Shown here piece by piece: positions 55,281-64,000 of a stretch of 64,000 nucleotides of DNA. The stretch covers positions 17,729-81,728 of the forward strand of contig CALXWC010000002.1 of the NCBI GenBank assembly GCA_944392265.1. Reading direction: 5' to 3'. Numbering within the stretch: position 1 is the first letter of the stretch; the number at the start of each line of letters is the position of its first letter. Both the position numbers and the translations under genes were made by a program. This DNA is from an uncultured Alphaproteobacteria bacterium. GTDB taxonomy: Bacteria > Pseudomonadota > Alphaproteobacteria > RF32 > CAG-239. Below the pieces are notes generated by a model. It saw nothing but the letters and a program-made list of their open reading frames with translations. It did not search any database and was not told the origin of the DNA.

Positions 55281-56417
55281 TTACTTTTCAAAATATGCCA
55301 CTAATTCCGTGTGAGAAGAGTAAACAAATTGGTCTACCATTGTAACTTCTTTTAATTTATATCCGCCATCTGTTAAAATATTGGCATCTTTTATAAAACT
55401 ATGCGGATTACAAGAAATAGCAACAATTTTTTTAGGTGCGTTTTCTTTTATTTGTATAATTTTTTTGACCTGCTCTTCAGCCCCTGCTCTTGGCGGATCA
55501 AACACTATAGCCTCAAATCCGGATAGTTCTTGCTCATCTAACGGATATTTGAACAGATTTTTGGTTTGAATCTGTATATTTGGAATCATATTTTTGTTTA
55601 CCGAAGTTTGAAAACCTTCCAATAAGGCTTTGGAGGCATCAACCGATAAAATTTTATTATTCGGATTTCTTGACAAAGGATATGAAAAAGTTCCGACACC
55701 ACAGAATAAATCGGCAATTTTTCCATTTGTATCGCCAACATATTTTTCAACCAAGGCTATCATCTTATTTTCAGCCTCTTTGCTAGCTTGCAAAAAGGTT
55801 CCGGCCGGAATGTAAACTTCATAATCGGCAATTTTGATATATGGCTTAATCTTTTCGACCAAAGTTTCTGCCATACTCATATCATTTTTTCTATGAGAAA
55901 CTCGAATAACAGAATCGTTATTTAGGGCAAACTCTGATATTATCATACGGTATTCTAAGTTTATCTCACCTTCAAACTCTAAAACAATATCTATTCCGTT
56001 ATCGGCTTGAGTAAGCCAAACATCGCCTTTGCTAATGTTATTGTAACCAATGATTTTGTTCTTTTTATATTGCGGTGTTTTTACCATACATAATTGGAGC
56101 AAAACTTCTTTTAACGATGGTAGAATTTGATTTAGACTTTTGCTTAATAAGCAACAAGATGCAATATCTATCAGCTCTGAACTTTGCTCTTTATTAAAGC
56201 CTAAGGTTAGACTTCCCTTTTTGAAAGAAAAAGCAAGGCTGGCTCTTCTTCTTTGCGAATCATCTATAAAAATAGGCGGCAAAAAGGTATAGTTTTGCTC
56301 TTTTAAGCCTTGCAAAATATTTTTTACTTTTTGTATTTTTAACTCTTGGTATTGTTCTTGCGCCAAATGACGGAAAGAACAACCTCCGCAAAGTTCTTGA
56401 TACGGACATTGAGACAT
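55281..56417 (-). CDS. 23S rRNA (uracil-C5)-methyltransferase, RlmC/RlmD (TrmA) family, no TRAM domain
   Basis: N-terminal Cys cluster CPYQELCGGCSFRH; SAM motif DLFCGVGTFS; FDPPRAG; C-terminal SCNP (catalytic Cys). Confidence 0.85.
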   Translation of the reverse strand: MSQCPYQELCGGCSFRHLAQEQYQELKIQKVKNILQGLKEQNYTFLPPIFIDDSQRRRASLAFSFKKGSLTLGFNKEQSSELIDIASCCLLSKSLNQILPSLKEVLLQLCMVKTPQYKKNKIIGYNNISKGDVWLTQADNGIDIVLEFEGEINLEYRMIISEFALNNDSVIRVSHRKNDMSMAETLVEKIKPYIKIADYEVYIPAGTFLQASKEAENKMIALVEKYVGDTNGKIADLFCGVGTFSYPLSRNPNNKILSVDASKALLEGFQTSVNKNMIPNIQIQTKNLFKYPLDEQELSGFEAIVFDPPRAGAEEQVKKIIQIKENAPKKIVAISCNPHSFIKDANILTDGGYKLKEVTMVDQFVYSSHTELVAYFEK

Positions 56418-56425
56418 TATTTTTC

Positions 56426-58180
56426 CTATTTTAAATCTTCTTCATCAACACCCAATATAGGATATGGCATATTTTCATCTTCTATTTTGGTGCTTTCTTC
56501 TTGTATATGATTTCCCTCTATGCCGTCAAGTAAGGAAATTTCCGTATTCTCTTCCTGATTAAATATTGGGTGACGATTATTTTCCTCATTTCTGATACGT
56601 TCTTGAATCTCTTTATTCTCAAATTCCTTTTTATCTTCCAAATTAAAAATTTCCACACGGTTACGGCCGTTTTCTTTAGCCTTGTATAAAGCTTCATCCG
56701 CCGTTTTTATCAATGTGTCTAGGTTATCTGAAATTTCATATGAAGAAACACCGATACTAACCGTAAAGCGAACTTCTTGGCCATCTTCAGAATGTACAAC
56801 AGCTTCTGAAATGCTTTCTCTTAATCTATCGGCCACAATTTTTCCTTTTTGTGCATTTACTCCGGATAAGAAAACAACAAATTCTTCCCCGCCGTAACGA
56901 GCTACAACGTCTACATCTCTAAGGGCTCGTTCACATGTTGATGCCAACTCTATCAAAACTTTATCTCCGGTTTTGTGACCATAAGTATCATTGACATTTT
57001 TGAAGTGATCAGCGTCAATCATTAATATGCTGAAAGGTTGATTTGTGGCTTTAGCTGAAATTATTCTTTTTAAAACCTCTTCTTCAAAATAACGACGGTT
57101 ATATAATGACGTCAGAGGATCTCTAGTTGCTTGATTTTTTAACAAAGCTTCGCGATTTTTTCTGGATGTAATGTCTTGGAAGGCCATATACAAAGCCACA
57201 TCGTAATTATAATCAATAATATTTGCAGATGCCAACAACCAGAACGGGGTCATTCCTCCGGGAGTTTTGACCAAAAGTTCAAAATCTTGTACAACCTTTT
57301 CTCTTTCCAAGCATTCATTTAACAAATGTCTGTTTTCAACATCAACAAAGAAATCTCGTAAATGATAACGCTCCAGCTCTTCTGCTGATATTCCAAACAA
57401 CTTGATAGCATTTGAGTTTGCCATGATAATGCTATCATCACTTAATCTGGATATCATAATCGGGAAAGGAGAAAACTTGATAATTTCTTCCAATCTTTGA
57501 TTGTTTTTCTCTATCGTCACTTCTGCTTCATCATATTTTTGCGCAAAAGAATCTGATTTGGATAAGATGCAGGCAAATGACAACAATATATATAATACCG
57601 GCGTCATATACCATGATTTATAAATCAAATAATCAAAGCCGCCGAGCTTTAATAACATAAATAATGCTCCTAATAAGGCTATGATTCCGATAAAGATATA
57701 GCTAAAACATCTTTTTCTTTTTATTTGAGCCAAAAAGCTTATGGCTAAATAAGACAAACCGGACAAGGGAAAGATGCTACGCATTTGTGCAATCTTTTCA
57801 TTATCGGGGAATATAAATAAAAAGGTTACGATGGCAAACAAACCGATGCCGCCAAAAGCATAAGCAATTGTATAATCTGAGTTTTTAGGCAACAAGATAT
57901 GAGATGCAGCAAACACCAAAAGGAGCATGGAAATAAGCGCTAACAATATCTCAAAAAAGACCCAACCTATAACTGTTCCGCCTTGAGTATAAACTTCTGC
58001 TGAAACATAGCCTATATATGAGGAAAAAAAGTCAACCAAACAAGAACCAAATATCAGCCATAAAATTTTACCGTTTTTGGTTTCTATACTGCCATACAGA
58101 CATGATAAAAAAAACACGAATAAAGCCAAGCAAGTGAGTGATAATTGCATTGATTGGCTAAATATACTTACTGTACCCAT
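56426..58180 (-). CDS. Membrane-bound PAS-GGDEF diguanylate cyclase
   Basis: About 8 TM helices, a PAS-like segment, then DPLT.LYNRR...D.D.FK..ND..GH..GD and RDVDVVARYGGEEF (I-site RxxD plus GGEEF). Confidence 0.88.
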   Translation of the reverse strand: MGTVSIFSQSMQLSLTCLALFVFFLSCLYGSIETKNGKILWLIFGSCLVDFFSSYIGYVSAEVYTQGGTVIGWVFFEILLALISMLLLVFAASHILLPKNSDYTIAYAFGGIGLFAIVTFLFIFPDNEKIAQMRSIFPLSGLSYLAISFLAQIKRKRCFSYIFIGIIALLGALFMLLKLGGFDYLIYKSWYMTPVLYILLSFACILSKSDSFAQKYDEAEVTIEKNNQRLEEIIKFSPFPIMISRLSDDSIIMANSNAIKLFGISAEELERYHLRDFFVDVENRHLLNECLEREKVVQDFELLVKTPGGMTPFWLLASANIIDYNYDVALYMAFQDITSRKNREALLKNQATRDPLTSLYNRRYFEEEVLKRIISAKATNQPFSILMIDADHFKNVNDTYGHKTGDKVLIELASTCERALRDVDVVARYGGEEFVVFLSGVNAQKGKIVADRLRESISEAVVHSEDGQEVRFTVSIGVSSYEISDNLDTLIKTADEALYKAKENGRNRVEIFNLEDKKEFENKEIQERIRNEENNRHPIFNQEENTEISLLDGIEGNHIQEESTKIEDENMPYPILGVDEEDLK

Positions 58181-58322
58181 TGGTTGCTCCTATTTGTTGT
58201 ATTTTGCCTTACATTAAAACAACTTTATTAAAATATCTTAAAGTTTGTGATGTTGATAAAAATTGATATTTAAAAAAAAATAGCATATTATAAATTGAAA
58301 AGTCAAAATTAAGGATTATGCC

Positions 58323-59483
58323 ATGAAACAAAAATTTGCAACTCATTATAGTTTGAATTTTAAACTTAACATAGACAATCTTCCCTCTAAGCAAGCGGAT
58401 AGGATTAATCTTAGGATTTTGTTATCTGGTATTTTCTTTGGCAGTCTTTTATTTTTGCTCGGCGCTTTTGAGCTTTCGAATGCTTTTCAATCTAACACTT
58501 CTTTTCTGAATGATAAGCTTGCTCAAACAACCTATCAATCTCATATTTCTCCCTTATTTTTTGATTGGGTCATCATTGTATTGGGCTTAGGCATTATCGC
58601 TTCCGTCATTTTTAAAAATCTTTCTTACAAAAAAGTATTTTTTGACGGAAAAAATATTACCGTTATTAAGCGTTTGGCTTTCGGAAAAAAAGAAGTCAGC
58701 AAAACAAAAGTTTCTACTTATCAAGGTGTGTTATTGCGAATCGAATTTGTTCAATGCGGATTTTTACCCAAAAACAGATATATCATTGAACTTCAAAGCA
58801 AATCATCTCAGAAAAATGTTCCGCTTTATATTTCTACTTCTGAAAAAAATATTCGAAAAATTTGGGTCGATTATGCTTCTAAGCTTAACTTACCGACTTT
58901 GTTTTTAACCGATGAAGGTGTGGTTAAACGCGAAGTTTGCGACTTAAACAAATCATTAAAAGAAATGGAAAATATTTGGCACTTAAGAGAAAGCCTTAAC
59001 CCCAAGCTTAAACATTCCTTCCGCATTGCATTAAGAGAGAGCCCTGACAAAAAGGTTATAAAATCTCGTAAAATTTTATTAGATGCATTTAATATCTTGG
59101 GTGGTTTTTTGGTATTTTGCATTATTGGTTTACTGGCTCTTGTCGGATTTCATCAGGTCTTTTCTGAAAACGCACTTTATTGCTTGTATTTCTTTAGTTT
59201 TTGGCTTATTTCTTTTGCTCTTTTTGTGGTGTTACGCAAAGATAAATTGGTTATTAAAAAAGATAAAATCGTTAACACGCACAAATATTTGCTTTTTTCA
59301 ACCAAGCACCAAGAAATTGCCAAAAATGACATTAAAGGTATTTACGTTACACTTAATCCTCTGACCGGAAGATATTTTTTAACCATTACGTCTGAAGAAA
59401 AAAATATTATATTCGGCAAAAAACTTCCGATAAATGATTTAAAATGGATTAAAAACTATCTTATCCAAAATCTAATTGGTTAA
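58323..59483 (+). CDS. Hypothetical membrane protein with an internally duplicated (2 TM + beta-rich module) architecture
   Basis: Two TM pairs, each followed by a module of about 90 aa (KKVFFDGKNITVIK... and RKDKLVIKKDKIVN...). Confidence 0.6.
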   Translation: MKQKFATHYSLNFKLNIDNLPSKQADRINLRILLSGIFFGSLLFLLGAFELSNAFQSNTSFLNDKLAQTTYQSHISPLFFDWVIIVLGLGIIASVIFKNLSYKKVFFDGKNITVIKRLAFGKKEVSKTKVSTYQGVLLRIEFVQCGFLPKNRYIIELQSKSSQKNVPLYISTSEKNIRKIWVDYASKLNLPTLFLTDEGVVKREVCDLNKSLKEMENIWHLRESLNPKLKHSFRIALRESPDKKVIKSRKILLDAFNILGGFLVFCIIGLLALVGFHQVFSENALYCLYFFSFWLISFALFVVLRKDKLVIKKDKIVNTHKYLLFSTKHQEIAKNDIKGIYVTLNPLTGRYFLTITSEEKNIIFGKKLPINDLKWIKNYLIQNLIG

Positions 59484-59504
59484 ATTGCGCAAAAATTTAT
59501 GCTT

Positions 59505-59545
59505 CAAAAACAATTTTTCCTTTGCTTAAAAATTGTTTTTGTTTA
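59505..59545 (+). terminator. Probable rho-independent terminator (AT-rich 14-bp stem)
   Basis: caaaaacaattttt-N9-aaaaattgtttttg followed by TTT. Confidence 0.5.
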
Positions 59546-59584
59546 TACATATATAAAAGTGTTTTATTTTAGGAGATAATATTT

Positions 59585-60262
59585 ATGAAGAAAAAACCGG
59601 CTCCGCAAGAAAGTAATGATTTTGAAGATGCTTTCATTCGTGAAATTGATGAAGAAATTAAAAATGAAAAATTAAAAAGAATCTGGGACAAATATGGTCT
59701 TTTCATTATTCTTTTTGTTGTGCTTGCCGTTTTCAGCGCCGTTAGCTTTGAATCCATAAAAGCATGGAAAGATAAAAAGAATCAGGAAAACTCCGATACT
59801 TTTGCTTATGCTCTTCAATTGCAAAACTTAGGAAAGTTTGATGACGCTCAAAAGGTTTTGAACTCTTTGGTTGACAATGATGCCGGTATTTATGCCGATA
59901 TTGCACAAATGCAAATTGCTAACCTTTTCTTGCAACAAAAAAAGACAGATGAAGCAATTAAAGTTTTGGAAAAAATTACCGCACAAGATGATTTTAATCC
60001 GCAAATGAAGGATATTGCCGTTATCAAATTGGCTTCTTATAAGTTAGATAACGCTCCGGCAGAAGAAATTAAAAATATGCTTCAACCTCTTTTGGTTCAA
60101 CAAAATTTGTTGGCTAACAGCGCCAAAGAGATTTTGGCTATGCTCGCTATCAGAGAAAAAGATTTTTCAACTGCAAAATCTTTGTATCAGGAAATCAGCA
60201 TCAACCCGAAAGCAACTGATACGATGAGAACGCGCGCTTTGAATATGTTAAATACATTATAA
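59585..60262 (+). CDS. YfgM-like TPR membrane protein
   Basis: N-terminal charged region, one TM, TPR-like helices; conserved position upstream of bamB-der. Confidence 0.7.
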   Translation: MKKKPAPQESNDFEDAFIREIDEEIKNEKLKRIWDKYGLFIILFVVLAVFSAVSFESIKAWKDKKNQENSDTFAYALQLQNLGKFDDAQKVLNSLVDNDAGIYADIAQMQIANLFLQQKKTDEAIKVLEKITAQDDFNPQMKDIAVIKLASYKLDNAPAEEIKNMLQPLLVQQNLLANSAKEILAMLAIREKDFSTAKSLYQEISINPKATDTMRTRALNMLNTL

Positions 60263-60287
60263 TTTTATTTTTGATAAGGGATTGGTC

Positions 60288-61616
60288 ATGAAAAGTTTTT
60301 ATTATCGTCAAATCGGACTTTGCTCTTTATGTCTTTTATCCGCATGCAGTATGTTTGAGGCAAAAAAGTTAGATATTGACGGAGAGCGCGTTGCCGTTCT
60401 TCAAGAATCTAAAATGCTTGCTCCTGATTTTGAGGAAGGACAATTAAAAATTACGTTACCAAGACCTTATTTGAATAATTCTTGGAAACAAAGCGGCGGA
60501 AACTCCATGCACAGAATGGAACACCTGCAAGCTTCTCAAAGCTTGAAAAAACTTTGGAAAGCTAATATCGGCACAGGTAGTTCTAAACGTGATTATCTTT
60601 TAGCAGCTCCGGTTGTTGCTTATAAGGTTGTTTTCACCATCGATGCCGATGCTCAAGTTAAGGCCTTGCGCTTGGATGACGGTGAAGAGATTTGGCATAG
60701 AAATCTTAAACCTTTGATTAAAGATGAATATGAAATCTCTATGAAAGGTGCCGGTTTGGCTGAATTTAATAAAAAGATTTATGCCACAACGGGTTTTGGT
60801 TCCGTCTTTGCTTTAGACATGAAAAACGGTCGCGAAATTTGGCGCCATGACGGTAACACACCAATCAGAATCGCACCAACCGTTGCCAACGGTTTAGTCT
60901 TTGTACAAACAATTGACAACACATTAAAGGTTTTAGACGCTGAAAACGGAAACTTAATTTGGGATTATAAAGCGGCTACCGAAGACACAACCTTGGTCGG
61001 TGGTGCCAGCCCTGCTTATGACCCATTTCAAGATGTGGTTATTGCTGCCTTTACAACAGGCGAGTTAAAAGCATTTAAGGCCAGCACAGGTTCTGAATTA
61101 TGGTCAACAACTTTGGCTTCTCTTAGAAGAACCAACAGCCTTTCTACCATTAACGGCATTAAAGCCAACCCAATTATTGACGGCGATGTGGTATATGCAT
61201 TTGGTCATACCAATGTGTTAACCGCCATTGATTTAAGAACCGGAAACAGAATTTGGGACAGAGAAATCGGTGGTATTTCTCAGCCGTGGGTAGCAGGAAA
61301 ATACATTTTTGTTTTAGATAACAGCTTCAATCTATTAGCTATTGAAAAATCAAGCGGAAAAATTGTTTGGAACACCAACATTCCGGTTAACAACAATGAA
61401 GAAAACACAACAGGTATTTATGCTAAAGGACCTGTTTTGGCCGGAAACCGTTTGTTAGTCAGCAGTTCTAACGGATATGTCTTTGCCGTATCTCCTTATA
61501 ACGGTAAAATTATCGGATATATTTCTTTATCTGACGGTGTAAATGTTGCGCCCGTTATTGCCAGAGGAATTGCATTGTTCACAACAAATGACGCTGATTT
61601 AATTGCCTATAAATAA
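60288..61616 (+). CDS. bamB: Outer-membrane protein assembly factor BamB (PQQ-like beta-propeller lipoprotein)
   Basis: Lipobox LLSAC; repeated ...G...W...... blades (GEEIWHR, GREIWRH, GNLIWDY, GSELWST, GNRIWDR, GKIVWNT). Start set at the ATG after AAGGGA. Confidence 0.85.
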   Translation: MKSFYYRQIGLCSLCLLSACSMFEAKKLDIDGERVAVLQESKMLAPDFEEGQLKITLPRPYLNNSWKQSGGNSMHRMEHLQASQSLKKLWKANIGTGSSKRDYLLAAPVVAYKVVFTIDADAQVKALRLDDGEEIWHRNLKPLIKDEYEISMKGAGLAEFNKKIYATTGFGSVFALDMKNGREIWRHDGNTPIRIAPTVANGLVFVQTIDNTLKVLDAENGNLIWDYKAATEDTTLVGGASPAYDPFQDVVIAAFTTGELKAFKASTGSELWSTTLASLRRTNSLSTINGIKANPIIDGDVVYAFGHTNVLTAIDLRTGNRIWDREIGGISQPWVAGKYIFVLDNSFNLLAIEKSSGKIVWNTNIPVNNNEENTTGIYAKGPVLAGNRLLVSSSNGYVFAVSPYNGKIIGYISLSDGVNVAPVIARGIALFTTNDADLIAYK

Positions 61617-61627
61617 CGGAGTATTTT

Positions 61628-63028
61628 ATGAGTTTGAAAATTGCAATAATCGGTCGTCCAAATGTGGGCAAATCCACTTTGTTTAACCGTCTTGTTGGCA
61701 GAAAAGTTGCTATTGTTCATGATAAACCCGGTGTTACGCGTGACAGACGTGAGGCTCCGGCAAAATTGCGCAATATGAATCTTTTGATTATTGATACCGC
61801 AGGATATGAATATTCTAAAGAAGATTCCATTGAAAAAAGAATGTGGGAACAAACTAAAAAAGCAATTAATGATGCTGATGTTTGCTTGTTTTTATATGAT
61901 GCCAGAGATGGGCTCCAACCTTATGACGAACATTTTGCTCAACTTTTACGCCAAATGCACAAACCGGTTATTTTGCTGGCCAATAAGTGCGAAGGAAAAG
62001 TTTTTGAAGATGGTTTGGGCGAAGCTTATAAGCTTGGATTTGGTCAACCAATTCCGTTTTCTGCCGAGCATAATTTAGGCATGCTTGACTTATATGACGC
62101 ACTCTTGCCTCATTATGAAAAAATTAAAGAAAAACAAGCCAGCCAAGATGTTTCCGCTCCAATTAATCAAAATGATGACGGCTCGGAAGAAATCAGCGAA
62201 GAGGCATGGAAAAAACGCACCATTCAATTGGCTATTGTCGGTCGCCCAAATGTAGGAAAATCTACTTTGGTAAACGCGCTTCTTAAAGATGACAGAATGC
62301 TCACCGGACCTGAAGCCGGCGTTACCAGAGATGCAATTTCTAATGCGTGGGAATATCAGGGTAGAAAAATTAATTTGGTGGACACTGCCGGTTTGCGTAA
62401 ACAAGCGCGCGTTGCCGACTCTCTTGAAAAAATGTCTGCAGCCAGCACCAAACGCGCCGCATTTTTAGCACAAGTTGTAGTTTTGGTCTTAGATGCCGAT
62501 GCCGTGTTAGATAAACAAGATTTGACCATTGCACGCCAAGTTTTGGATGAAGGTCGCGCCTTGGTTATTGCGGTTAACAAATGGGATATTGCCAACCGAA
62601 AACAAGCCTTAGAACAACTTAATTACAAACTTAAGACTTCTTTAGCGCAAGCAGAAGGTGTACCGACTGTTACCGTATCTGCGCTTAAATCTGAAGGTTT
62701 AGATAAATTGATGCGAGCCGTATTTAAGGTTTATGACCGTTGGAATTTGCGTATTCCGACAGCTCCTTTGAATAAATGGTTTGCAGATGTTTTAGATTCA
62801 AATCCGCCTCCACTTGGCAAAAACAATCGCCGCATTAAATTGCGTTATATTACACAAGCTAAGACCAGACCGCCTGCTTTCTTTATTTTCTCAAGCAATC
62901 CGGAAGGTCTGCCTGACGCTTATTTGCGTTATCTCATTAATAACTTGAGAGAAACCTTTGATATGGGCGGCATTCCAATTCGCATTACGGTGCGTAAGGG
63001 TAATAACCCCTACCAAGATAAAAAATAG
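61628..63028 (+). CDS. der: Ribosome-biogenesis GTPase Der (EngA)
   Basis: Two GTPase domains (GRPNVGKST twice, DTAG twice, NKCE/NKWD) plus a KH-like C-terminus. Confidence 0.95.
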   Translation: MSLKIAIIGRPNVGKSTLFNRLVGRKVAIVHDKPGVTRDRREAPAKLRNMNLLIIDTAGYEYSKEDSIEKRMWEQTKKAINDADVCLFLYDARDGLQPYDEHFAQLLRQMHKPVILLANKCEGKVFEDGLGEAYKLGFGQPIPFSAEHNLGMLDLYDALLPHYEKIKEKQASQDVSAPINQNDDGSEEISEEAWKKRTIQLAIVGRPNVGKSTLVNALLKDDRMLTGPEAGVTRDAISNAWEYQGRKINLVDTAGLRKQARVADSLEKMSAASTKRAAFLAQVVVLVLDADAVLDKQDLTIARQVLDEGRALVIAVNKWDIANRKQALEQLNYKLKTSLAQAEGVPTVTVSALKSEGLDKLMRAVFKVYDRWNLRIPTAPLNKWFADVLDSNPPPLGKNNRRIKLRYITQAKTRPPAFFIFSSNPEGLPDAYLRYLINNLRETFDMGGIPIRITVRKGNNPYQDKK

Positions 63029-63030
63029 AT

Positions 63031-63068
63031 AAAAAAATATCCTTGAAATTCATCAAGGATATTTTTTT
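63031..63068. terminator. Bidirectional rho-independent terminator
   Basis: atatccttga-N6-tcaaggatat hairpin flanked by A- and T-runs. Confidence 0.85.
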
Positions 63069-63075
63069 GTTTGGA

Positions 63076-63855
63076 TTAATTATTTTCTTCAAACTTGCGT
63101 TTTTCTTTCAAGAAAACAACAACTCCGACCGGTATGGAAAGTGCATATAACACTGTCATAAAACCTAATGTCAACCATGGTTGAGTGATGATAAAGCTTG
63201 CAAATAAAGCCACAAACAACATCAACGGAATAAACATATAAGTCGGAACTTTTAATTTTTTGGTAGAAAAAGTCGGAATGCGGCTAACCATTAAAAAGGC
63301 CACAATACATAATACTGCAGCGCAGAATCCATGTGTGCGAACAATGGTTAACTCAGGCATTTCCAAATAAATCATTACCGGCATCATAGCCAACGCAGCA
63401 GCTGCAGGCGCAGGAACGCCGACAAAGAAGTGAGACCAATATTCGGGTTGAGGTTCTTCTTCCAACATGGTATTAAAACGAGCCAAACGCATAGCCATAC
63501 CAATAGACATCAATAAGCAGAAAAACCAACCAAACTTTGGCAAGTCAAATAAAGCCCACTGATATAATAAAATTGCAGGAGCAACACCAAAACTTACAAA
63601 GTCAGACAAAGAATCCAACTCTGCACCAAATTTGGTGGAGCCTTTTAACATACGAGCAACACGACCATCCAATCCATCAAAAAAGGCAGCAATAAACACG
63701 CATAATACGGCTTTTACCCAATCTGCCTGAATTGAATAGCGAATCGATGTTACACCAGCGCACAAAGCCAACATTGTGACAATATTGGGCGCAATTTTTC
63801 TGAAAGGCAAAGCTGTGAGCTTATGTCTTATCTTTAACTTTTCATCATTTTTCAT
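63076..63855 (-). CDS. pssA: CDP-diacylglycerol-serine O-phosphatidyltransferase
   Basis: CDP-alcohol phosphatidyltransferase motif FFDGLDGRVARMLKGSTKFGAELDSLSD; polytopic. Confidence 0.92.
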   Translation of the reverse strand: MKNDEKLKIRHKLTALPFRKIAPNIVTMLALCAGVTSIRYSIQADWVKAVLCVFIAAFFDGLDGRVARMLKGSTKFGAELDSLSDFVSFGVAPAILLYQWALFDLPKFGWFFCLLMSIGMAMRLARFNTMLEEEPQPEYWSHFFVGVPAPAAAALAMMPVMIYLEMPELTIVRTHGFCAAVLCIVAFLMVSRIPTFSTKKLKVPTYMFIPLMLFVALFASFIITQPWLTLGFMTVLYALSIPVGVVVFLKEKRKFEENN

Positions 63856-64000
63856 CAGCGAATCACTCCTTTAACTTGAGGGGCATTATTGCTCAAATTT
63901 GCAATAATACTTTCTCCTGCAACCATAGTTTGACCGACACAAACTTGAGGTTCAACACCTTCGGGCAAATAAACATCTAAGCGAGAACCGAAACGAATCA
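63855..64000 (-). CDS. psd: Phosphatidylserine decarboxylase, C-terminal part (5' end outside the window)
   Basis: Minus-strand translation ...[35 protein letters not shown]...GVIR*. It contains the FGS self-cleavage region. Its stop overlaps the pssA start (ATGA). Confidence 0.8.
   Translation of the reverse strand, partial: IRFGSRLDVYLPEGVEPQVCVGQTMVAGESIIANLSNNAPQVKGVIR

Overview
This is an AT-rich, gene-dense chromosomal segment of about 62 protein genes and one tRNA. I saw no transposase, integrase, prophage or CRISPR signal. The backbone looks alphaproteobacterial. Supporting this are flbT next to Bradyrhizobium-type (DUF1522-like) flagellins, the yfgM-like/bamB/der synteny, pssA-psd, and mlaA/mlaC. 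Most of the window is housekeeping:

- accC (3' part), a DegT-type aminotransferase, an ABC-F ATPase, tcdA, tatD, alr and tRNA-Thr(CGU).
- An MscK-like channel, an MsbA-like exporter, dtd, a ZntB/CorA-like transporter and lemA.
- ldh, nrdD/nrdG, tgt, a PhoB-like regulator, rpe, fba and tkt.
- An RlmC/D-like methyltransferase, a PAS-GGDEF cyclase, bamB, der, pssA and psd (3' part).

The items I consider most worth a second look are:

1. A class III ribonucleotide reductase whose glycyl-radical motif sits on a separate 70-aa cistron between nrdD and nrdG.
2. An orphan 583-aa protein with RelA/SpoT-like motif order. It is co-transcribed with a secreted Sel1-repeat protein and lies directly beside a three-gene flagellin array.
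3. An aspartate-semialdehyde dehydrogenase homologue in which all recognisable catalytic residues are substituted. A HAD-IIA homologue nearby lacks the nucleophile Asp.
4. A TolC-family lipoprotein fused to a He_PIG/cadherin-like Ig domain, divergently paired with a solitary VirB8-like gene.
5. Mosaic (gene-conversion-like) flagellin paralogues with conserved leaders that can form alternative hairpins, adjacent to flbT.

All functional calls come from by-eye motif recognition on the supplied translations. No database search was run, so novelty claims are hypotheses with stated tests.
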